Assembly (NCBI RefSeq): GCF_035285525.1
Contig: NZ_JAYKGW010000046.1
Location: 1-20,520 of the forward strand
Direction: 5' to 3'
Source: Okeania sp.
GTDB taxonomy: Bacteria; Cyanobacteriota; Cyanobacteriia; Cyanobacteriales; Microcoleaceae
Length of the DNA: 20,520 nt
Within the stretch, counting starts at the first letter, position 1. Each line of letters starts with the position of its first letter. The notes under the pieces were generated by a model. The model saw nothing but the letters and a program-made list of their open reading frames with translations, had not been told where the DNA came from and did not search any database. Of the stretch, positions 14,240-20,520 are shown one piece after another. The position numbers and the translations under genes were made by a program.

Positions 14240-16519
14240 TTAGAGGTTAGATACTTTTTTATAGAGATTTATGTACCGATCGGCTATTGTCGTAACTGCA
14301 TGTTTTTCACAGAAAACTCGACACATATATTTGTAGTGATCGGGATAAGGGGATAGCATTACGCTTTTGATTGCATCTAAAAGTGAATCTCGCTCTCTAT
14401 GTTTATACAAAAATCCTGTGTTATCTTGTTCTACATACTCTCTAAGTAAACCAATGTCTGGAACAATTACAGGAGTTTGATAAGATATTGACAAAATCAC
14501 TGAACTAGAAACCCATATATCCTGAAATGAGAAGATAGAGGCATCCAATGAAGAAATCCAAGCTGACATCTCATCGAAGGGAATTTTTCCTGGTTGGAGT
14601 AAAACATTATTTGGCAGATTAGCCTTTAACTTATCAACATAAGTCTGCGATCCTGGATTCCCAGCAATGATTAACTTTGGTGTAGGCTTTTCGTCTGTCA
14701 ACTTTGCAAAAGTTTCTATCTGAAATTCTAAGCCTTTGTAAGGCTTAATCTCTCCAATGCTACCAAATAAGAAACCATCAGTCTCAAGTCCCAGACGACG
14801 GCGTGCTCCAGTTTTTGGTAATAAGTCCCCATAAACCAAATCGAAAGCAGGATGGGGAATTACAGTAATTTTATCAGGAGGACATACCGAAGAGAGTATT
14901 TTCTTTGCCCCATAACCCAAAACAATCACTCGATCGACTATATCTAGAACCTTTTGTTGGAGTTCAATATCGACAGATGCAAACTGGCGATCGTGAGGAA
15001 GAGGGTTATGTTTAGTCCAGACAATCTTACCACCCTCTTTTTTGATATTTCCTAGGAAGTCAAGCAATGACTTAGCACGTTGACGTATGCTTGATTCTGC
15101 CTTATCACCAGGGTGATAGAGAGGATCGAGCTGATGAAAATGGATAACAGTAGGTTTCGGCATTGCCAGACAGGATTTGATGACATCATCTCGGTTCGTA
15201 GTGAAACGAAAATTAATGTCAGAGTGCTTCATAACTTCTGTGGGGATTATCGTGTAAAAAGGATTGCGAGTTTTTTCTGGCGTAAACTGTAAAACATTAA
15301 CAGTAACAACCCTAGAATTATTTTTACTAGAAATAGAAACTCTTGGCCATTCTTTATTATGAGTGTCTGGGTTCAGAGCGATCGCCTTCCCATAAACCTC
15401 AACCGCCTCTTCCTTTTTCCCCAACTCCTTCAACACATCTCCCAACTGCTGCCAAACCACAGCGGACTTAGGATACAACTCCACAGACTTCCTTAACTCA
15501 ATCTCCGCTTCACTCCAATATCCCAACCGCATCAAAGCATACCCCAACTGATACCTCACCACGGCAGACTTCGGATTAACCTCTAGCACTAACCGATACT
15601 CAACCACTGCTTCTTCCCATCTTCCCAACTGCGTATGAGCATACCCCAAATCATGCCTTACCTCGGCTTTCTCAAAACCCAAATCAATAGCCTTTTTATA
15701 CTCACCAACTGCCTCTGACCATCTACCCAACTGCCCTAAAGCCTGACCTAAACCAAAGAATACTTCACCAGAAACAATTGACAAAACCACCACACTATGG
15801 TAAGTATCTACCGCTTCTGACCACCGTCCCAACTTACCCAAAGCTTTGGCCAAACCAACACCACAGTCTACCCTACTCGAATCAATATCCCAACTCTGCT
15901 GATAAAACTCCACTGCCTCCGACCATTGTTGTTGTCCTGACTTAGCTTCTGCCCAATAATAATAAATATCTGGTAAGTAGGGAGTAGGGGGTAGGGAATA
16001 GGAAGTAGGGGGTAGGGACGTTGCATGCAATGTCCCTACAGGATTAGGGTGCAACGTCCCTACAGGATTAGGGTGCAATGTCCCTACAGGATTAGGGTGA
16101 GGAGATTGAGAATCTAAAGAAAACTGAATCATTTGATCAAGACAGTCCTCTACCTCTGACCATTTTCCCAACTTCAGCAACGCACTGGCCAAATCTAGAT
16201 AAAAATTACACACATCTTTTCTTATTTCTAGCGCTCGGCGAAAATAATCTACGGCCTCGGTCAATTGGCCTTGCTTGCTCAACATTCTCCCCAAATAATT
16301 TAAAAGCAAAGGATTCTGGGGATTTATGGCCACTGCTTGACGTAAAGCAGCGATCGCCTCATCTATGCGTCCCACCTGTTCCAGCACTTTGGCCAAATTT
16401 TCGTAAGAGCAAGTAAACTGAGGATTTGCTTGTATGGACTTTTGATAACAAGCGATCGCTTCCCCTAGTTTTCCTTCTTGAAAAAGTTGATTTCCTCTAG
16501 CAAAAGCGGTAACACCCAT
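14240..16519 (-). CDS. TPR-repeat protein fused to a C-terminal GT-B fold (GT4/GT1-like) glycosyltransferase
   Basis: About 10 TPR units (LG(R/K)WSEAV pattern) in the N-terminal ~390 aa are interrupted by a repeat-derived insert. The C-terminal ~360 aa have HFHQLDPLY.., WTKHN.., GSIGEIKPYKG.., and a distal D/E-rich nucleotide-sugar lobe. The family call is the weaker part of this assignment. Confidence 0.65.
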   Translation of the reverse strand: MGVTAFARGNQLFQEGKLGEAIACYQKSIQANPQFTCSYENLAKVLEQVGRIDEAIAALRQAVAINPQNPLLLNYLGRMLSKQGQLTEAVDYFRRALEIRKDVCNFYLDLASALLKLGKWSEVEDCLDQMIQFSLDSQSPHPNPVGTLHPNPVGTLHPNPVGTLHATSLPPTSYSLPPTPYLPDIYYYWAEAKSGQQQWSEAVEFYQQSWDIDSSRVDCGVGLAKALGKLGRWSEAVDTYHSVVVLSIVSGEVFFGLGQALGQLGRWSEAVGEYKKAIDLGFEKAEVRHDLGYAHTQLGRWEEAVVEYRLVLEVNPKSAVVRYQLGYALMRLGYWSEAEIELRKSVELYPKSAVVWQQLGDVLKELGKKEEAVEVYGKAIALNPDTHNKEWPRVSISSKNNSRVVTVNVLQFTPEKTRNPFYTIIPTEVMKHSDINFRFTTNRDDVIKSCLAMPKPTVIHFHQLDPLYHPGDKAESSIRQRAKSLLDFLGNIKKEGGKIVWTKHNPLPHDRQFASVDIELQQKVLDIVDRVIVLGYGAKKILSSVCPPDKITVIPHPAFDLVYGDLLPKTGARRRLGLETDGFLFGSIGEIKPYKGLEFQIETFAKLTDEKPTPKLIIAGNPGSQTYVDKLKANLPNNVLLQPGKIPFDEMSAWISSLDASIFSFQDIWVSSSVILSISYQTPVIVPDIGLLREYVEQDNTGFLYKHRERDSLLDAIKSVMLSPYPDHYKYMCRVFCEKHAVTTIADRYINLYKKVSNL
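15976..16102. repeat. Composite repeat inside the CDS: six heptamers (GTAGGGR), a 28-bp palindrome, and three 24-bp tandem units
   Basis: The heptamers span 15976-16017 (42 nt). The palindrome GTAGGGACGTTGCATGCAATGTCCCTAC lies at 16011-16038. GTCCCTACAGGATTAGGGTGCAAY x3 spans 16031-16102. The translation is SPHPNPVGTLHPNPVGTLHPNPVGTLHATSLPPTSYSLPPTPYLP. Confidence 0.9.
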
Positions 16520-16526
16520 ATTAGTT

Positions 16527-16559
16527 CTTAGTTGTATATTAATCTTAGTTGTATATTAA
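16527..16559. repeat. Tandem 16-nt direct repeat CTTAGTTGTATATTAA x2, just upstream of the 16519 start codon
   Basis: The copies lie at 16527-16542 and 16544-16559, separated by 1 nt. On the minus strand this sits 8-40 nt 5' of the ATG. Confidence 0.8.
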
Positions 16560-16785
16560 GTAGGATAATAGCTTTAATAAGTATGCAGTATAAATTAAGA
16601 GTTTCACAAAAATTACTTATTTAGTGGAGTTATCTTTAATATACCAAATCCGATTATTAAAACCTACTTTCTCCAAATCATTCTTAACCTTTTGCCTCCT
16701 CTTTCCTATGTCCTGCCTTAAACTTCTGAAAAACATCCTATAGAAGCTATTTGGTATCTTTGTAAAAGTGCGAGTTTTTGGTATC

Positions 16786-16818
<33 letters not shown>

Positions 16819-17181
16819 GGGAGAAATAAAATAGGGAAAAAAGTAGAAAAATACCTTGATATACCCACACGAACTACACGAACCACAGGAACCACCCTCC
16901 CCATCTATTAAAAAAAATAGATACCAACCAAATGGGTTCTATATATAAAGCTCTACTATTAATTCAGTTATTAGCAGTTAGCTGGCTGTTTTCTGCCATT
17001 AATTTAGTCGTCTGTGAAGATGACCTCAGCTATGAGCCAAGTATTTTAATCTTTGGCGGTCTTTAATTCAGTTATCAGTTATGGGAAGTTAATTGCCAGT
17101 TTCCAGCAAAACATTAACAAGACTTACGAAGAACCACTTTATTAAGACTTAGGCAAACTTGTAGATAAACCTTATTTGTAA

Positions 17182-17353
17182 GGGGCCAATGTAGAGCGAT
17201 TACCTAAAATGATTAAACAATAGGCACTGGCAAGCTTAGTTTATGTTTATTGTAGTTAGTCTGGGTCGGCCAATAATAGAATAGTCCGGAGGTAGCATCA
17301 ATGTTACCCAAGCTAGAGGCGCTCATACCCAAGTTTTACGGATTAAAATATAA
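17182..17353 (+). pseudogene. smc: Decayed duplicate of the smc 3' end (copy B)
   Basis: It aligns by eye to 1358-1508. The reading is [39 protein letters not shown], against copy [42 protein letters not shown]. In-frame TAG codons fall at 17221 and 17282. There is also a ~9-nt insertion and a frameshift. Confidence 0.8.
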
Positions 17354-17490
17354 AATTGAAGATTAATAATTAAATATTAAGGTAGTATTTTGATTCAAGA
17401 TATCTAGGTCTAATTTGGGAATTGCATAATTATAGGATGGTATGGAGAACGTAAATTTGAAATTAATAGGACTTAGGTATAGCCAATACT

Positions 17491-17520
17491 TGTAGGGGCG
17501 AATGGCCATTCGCCCCTACA
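17491..17520. repeat. Perfect 30-bp palindrome TGTAGGGGCGAATGGCCATTCGCCCCTACA
   Basis: Self-complementarity was checked by eye. Its ends (GTAGGG / CCCTAC) and 28-bp core length match the 6578 element. Confidence 0.9.
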
Positions 17521-17711
17521 TATAATGTAGAGTTTCATGTTTAAATCTTTAAAATGCCTAACTCCTGAGTTACAAACAATTCAAAACCTAGAACTATTTC
17601 TCATAAATGCAATACCCTAATTCAATCTAAACTATGCCTCACTAGGCAAGGTTTAATCTGCTCAGACTAAAATCAAAAATATATATAAAATTTAATCGGG
17701 ATTATTTTATA

Positions 17712-18773
17712 ATGACATCTGAAAAAATCCGCCAACGCTCGGAACTATTAGGAACTCAAGTAATTACTCGTGATAAGGGTAAGCGCCTGGGAGTAGTCAG
17801 CCAGTTATGGGTAGATGTGGATCGGCGGGAAGTGGTAGCTGTGGGACTACGGGACAATATATTAGCAGTAGCTGGAATACCCAAGTTTATGTTTCTGAAA
17901 GAGGTCCGTGAAATAGGTGACGTTATCTTAGTCGATGATGAAGAAATAATAGAAGAAGAAATTGATACGGAAGCTTATAGCAGCTTAATAAATAGTGAGG
18001 TTTTGACAGAAAATGGGGAATTATTAGGCCGAGTTAGGGGCTTCAAATTTGATACCAGAGATGGTAAAGTGGTGTCTTTGATTATCGCTTCTATTGGTAT
18101 ACCCCAAATTCCAGACCAATTTATCAGTACCTATGAACTATCAATTGATGAAATTGTCAGTAGTGGGCCAGATCGTCTAATTGTGTTTGAAGGTTCTGAA
18201 GAAAAATTACAGCAGTTAACGGTAGGAGTATTAGAACGTTTGGGTTTAGGGGAAGCTCCTTGGCAAAAAGAGGAGGACGGATTATATTATCCTCCTACTG
18301 TTAATCCTGGTAATCAATTAGGTACAGGACAACCAGTTAGTAGTGAACCTATTCGTACAGTAAAACCTTCTATTCAGGAAAAATGGGATGAAGACTGGGC
18401 GGAACCTGAGCCAGTTTATCGTGATTATTATGAAGAAGAAGTTGCTCCTTCTCCACGGCAATTAGAACGAGAAGCAGTTTATGATGATTATTATGAGTCA
18501 GAACCTATAGCTCCACCACCAGTAAAGCAGGTAAGACCAGAACCTGTTAAGGAGGATTACTATGAGGAAGATAATTGGGGGGACTCAGATGATGGGTATG
18601 ATGATTATGAAGAGGATAAGAGTCAGCCGAAAGAGTATCAAGCAACTTTAGAGTATCAATATGATGAGGAGATCGAGAAGGATGCTTGGGCTGATGATGA
18701 GGCTCCTAAACCTTATCAACCAACTCCTGTAAATATTCCTCAGAAAACTAAGGTGCCAGAATATGAGGAGTAA
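17712..18773 (+). CDS. PRC-barrel domain protein with an acidic Tyr/Pro-rich C-terminal tail
   Basis: Two PRC-barrel-like modules are present: SELLGTQVITRDKGKRLGVVSQLWVDVDRREVVAV and LINSEVLTENGELLGRVRGFKFDTRDGKVVSLI. The last ~150 aa are low complexity with three DYYE(E/S)E motifs. Confidence 0.7.
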   Translation: MTSEKIRQRSELLGTQVITRDKGKRLGVVSQLWVDVDRREVVAVGLRDNILAVAGIPKFMFLKEVREIGDVILVDDEEIIEEEIDTEAYSSLINSEVLTENGELLGRVRGFKFDTRDGKVVSLIIASIGIPQIPDQFISTYELSIDEIVSSGPDRLIVFEGSEEKLQQLTVGVLERLGLGEAPWQKEEDGLYYPPTVNPGNQLGTGQPVSSEPIRTVKPSIQEKWDEDWAEPEPVYRDYYEEEVAPSPRQLEREAVYDDYYESEPIAPPPVKQVRPEPVKEDYYEEDNWGDSDDGYDDYEEDKSQPKEYQATLEYQYDEEIEKDAWADDEAPKPYQPTPVNIPQKTKVPEYEE

Positions 18774-18818
18774 TTAATAATTGATAATTGATAATTGATA
18801 ATTAATTATTAATTATTC
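18771..18818. repeat. AT-rich heptamer array (AATTGAT / AATTATT units)
   Basis: Read directly. The array begins at the TAA stop of the PRC-barrel gene. Confidence 0.8.
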
Positions 18819-18837
18819 ATATAGCCTTTTCCTTTGT

Positions 18838-18910
18838 AATGTGGGATGGGCATCCTGCCCAGTGTGAAAATATCAGGAACAGTAAACAGGCAGGATGCCT
18901 GTTCCACATT
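18838..18910. terminator. Imperfect 22-bp inverted repeat between convergent genes (likely bidirectional terminator or small dispersed repeat)
   Basis: AATGTGGGATGGGCATCCTGCC (18838-18859) pairs with GGCAGGATGCCTGTTCCACATT (18889-18910) at 19 of 22 positions. The loop is 29 nt. Confidence 0.5.
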
Positions 18911-18945
18911 CAAGAGGGACATTCCACGTCTTTATTATCCATTAA

Positions 18946-18987
18946 TAATTATTAATTATTAATTATTAATTATTAATTATTAATTAT
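18946..18987. repeat. (TAATTAT)x6 heptamer array overlapping the 3' end of the response-regulator CDS
   Basis: I counted six exact units. The stop codon (18973-18975) and the last four codons (I-I-N-N) are encoded by the array. Confidence 0.9.
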
Positions 18988-20109
18988 CCATGCGCCTAAA
19001 TAATTTCCCACTACCTTCACTAAATTAATTAACTGTTGATTTTTGGGCAGACTTTCTCTATTAAAAAATACTAAAATAGCTAATACCTGATTTCTCCACA
19101 AAATTGGTACAGCAAAAGCAGATTTTAATCCTATTTTAACAGCAATATTATCACTTTCAAAAATTGTAGGTGATGTTACAGAAATATCTTCTATCCATTC
19201 TGTATTTTTACTATGCCAAACTCTACCTAGTAAATCTTTATTCTCATATATTTCTCCCCCCTTACAAAGGGGGGTTGGGGGGGATTCTAAGCCCCCCTTA
19301 CAAAGGGGGGTTGGGGGGGATTCTAATTTCTGACTAAGCGGGGCAGGGGGAGATTCTAAGCCCCCCTGAGAAAGAGGGGCAGGGGGAGATTCTAAGCCCC
19401 CCTGGGTAAGGGGGGTTGGGGGGGATTCTAATTCCTGACTAGGAGTATCAGGAGGAATATTAAGATAGTAAGATTGACTATATACAAGTTGAGAATTATC
19501 AGGATTAGGAAGCCAAGCTTCACCATAATCCCACTTAATATTTTCACAAATATATTTGAGGGTAATTTCTAGTGCAGAATGAATATCTAAACTAGCATTA
19601 ATAGCTGCAGTAATTGATAATAAAAAATTTAGTTGTTCCTCAGAATTTTGACGTTCAATAACTTCTTTTTCTAGCTGGGAATTTTTTTCTTTCAATTGCA
19701 TTTGCAGTTGATAAATAGATAGTTGATTTTCGACTCTAGCTAATACTTCTCTCAGTTGAAAAGGTTTAGTAATATAATCTCTACCTCCGACTTCAAAGGC
19801 TTTAACTTTATCGACTTCTTCACTATAAGCACTCAGAAAAATTATTGGTATTTCTTTAGTTGATTCTAAAGATTTTAATTTTTTACATACTTCATAACCG
19901 TCTATATCTGGTAAGTTAATATCGAGTAATATTAAATCTGGTTTAGCAATTTGTGCGCCATTAATGGCAATTTTACCATTAATTGCTTTCCTGACATTAT
20001 ATCCCTGATGCTCTAGCATACTTGATAATAGTCGTAAATTTTCTGGTGCATCATCAACTATTAAAATATTATTTTTATCTGGCAAGTTCTGAAAATTTTT
20101 TTTATTCAT
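18973..20109 (-). CDS. Response regulator: REC receiver - coiled coil - GAF domain (GAF interrupted by a repeat-encoded insert)
   Basis: The REC domain has ILIVDDAPENLRLL..DLILLDINLPDIDGYEVC..PIIFLSA..GGRDYITKPF. The GAF-like C-terminus has LNFLLSITAAINASLDIHSALEITLKYI...AFAVPILWRNQVLAILVFF. A 60-aa (G)LESPP(T/A)PL(T/S/C)(Q/K)G x5 insert lies between them. Confidence 0.85.
   Translation of the reverse strand: MNKKNFQNLPDKNNILIVDDAPENLRLLSSMLEHQGYNVRKAINGKIAINGAQIAKPDLILLDINLPDIDGYEVCKKLKSLESTKEIPIIFLSAYSEEVDKVKAFEVGGRDYITKPFQLREVLARVENQLSIYQLQMQLKEKNSQLEKEVIERQNSEEQLNFLLSITAAINASLDIHSALEITLKYICENIKWDYGEAWLPNPDNSQLVYSQSYYLNIPPDTPSQELESPPTPLTQGGLESPPAPLSQGGLESPPAPLSQKLESPPTPLCKGGLESPPTPLCKGGEIYENKDLLGRVWHSKNTEWIEDISVTSPTIFESDNIAVKIGLKSAFAVPILWRNQVLAILVFFNRESLPKNQQLINLVKVVGNYLGAWIINN
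19256..19430. repeat. Five tandem 33-36-nt GC-rich units (CCCCCCTTACAAAGGGGGGTTGGGGGGGATTCTAAG and variants) inside the CDS
   Basis: Read directly. Each unit contains a C6-N7-G6 inverted repeat plus a G5-G7 run. The total length keeps the reading frame. Confidence 0.9.
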
Positions 20110-20349
20110 TTATAATAAAATAAATCTGGTTAACAGAGGATAAACTTTATGATAATCCTATAATTTTATGTGTCAATGCTTCTAGATTTAATCATAGGAA
20201 TCTGCATAATGAATTCACTTACTAGGCGATCATTAACAGATAATACTGCAAAATGTAATTGTTCTAACCATTCAGAAGACATGATATTGAAAGATTCTTT
20301 TATTGCTGCTATTTGTGATTTTGTAGCAACAGAAGAAAAGTTATTTTTT

Positions 20350-20370
20350 CCTCCTTCCTCCTTCCTCCTT
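20350..20370. repeat. (CCTCCTT)x3 heptamer array; a GTGCTGA-type array follows at about 20420-20440
   Basis: Read directly in the intergenic region upstream of the response regulator. Confidence 0.7.
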
Positions 20371-20520
20371 TTTTCTGCCTTCTGAAGAAGAGCAGAGCAA
20401 TAATTATTAATTACTAATTGCTGAAGTGCTGAGTGCTAATAGCTATTTGCTTACAAATATTCCTGATTTTCTATTAATTCCAGAATAACATCTAAACGAA
20501 AATTTTCCACTAGATTTTTT

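Noticed and set aside
20170-20385. Plus-strand 71-aa ORF upstream of the response regulator
   Set aside because: It lies in the likely promoter region and runs into the CCTCCTT heptamer array (SSFLLFS tail). It has no recognisable motif or ribosome-binding context.
20451-20520. Possible 3' end of a minus-strand gene entering from the right edge (..KNLVENFRLDVILELIENQEYL*, stop at 20451-20453)
   Set aside because: Only about 22 codons are visible, so it cannot be identified or distinguished from a chance open frame.

Overview
The window looks like chromosomal DNA from a filamentous, heterocyst-type (Nostocales-like) cyanobacterium. It is AT-rich, has at least 7 HIP1 octamers (GCGATCGC, e.g. 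2575, 2772, 4053, 5695, 15378, 16350, 16452), and carries many tandem heptamer (STRR-type) arrays and small GC-rich palindromic repeats. All domain calls come from motifs read by eye; no searches were run.

Layout, left to right:
- 50-1076 (-): an Rpn-family PD-(D/E)XK nuclease / putative transposase gene broken in two by heptamer arrays.
- ~1098-1508 (+): a 5'-truncated 3' end of smc.
- 1775-6503 (+): a five-gene nucleotide-sugar operon. It encodes Glc-1-P cytidylyltransferase, CDP-glucose 4,6-dehydratase, an RmlC-like epimerase, an SDR reductase and a TylC3-type sugar C-methyltransferase.
- 6694-16519 (-): a convergent four-gene block of large glycosyltransferases that look soluble. These are TPR-GT61, a stand-alone GT61, a GT2-GT4-methyltransferase triple fusion and TPR-GT-B.
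- 16520-17711: a 1.2 kb non-coding junction. It holds a second, decayed copy of the smc 3' end at 17182-17353.
- 17712-18773 (+): a PRC-barrel protein with an acidic Tyr-rich tail.
- 18973-20109 (-): a REC-GAF response regulator.

Main hypotheses:
- The ~15.7 kb glycosylation block is an island bracketed by direct repeats of the smc 3' end.
- The island encodes a TPR-scaffolded glycosylation system with no membrane or export component. It is predicted to use a CDP-activated C-methyl-6-deoxyhexose, so the product may be a protein glycan or an intracellular glycan rather than a classical surface polysaccharide.
- Small repeat elements have entered two coding regions in frame.
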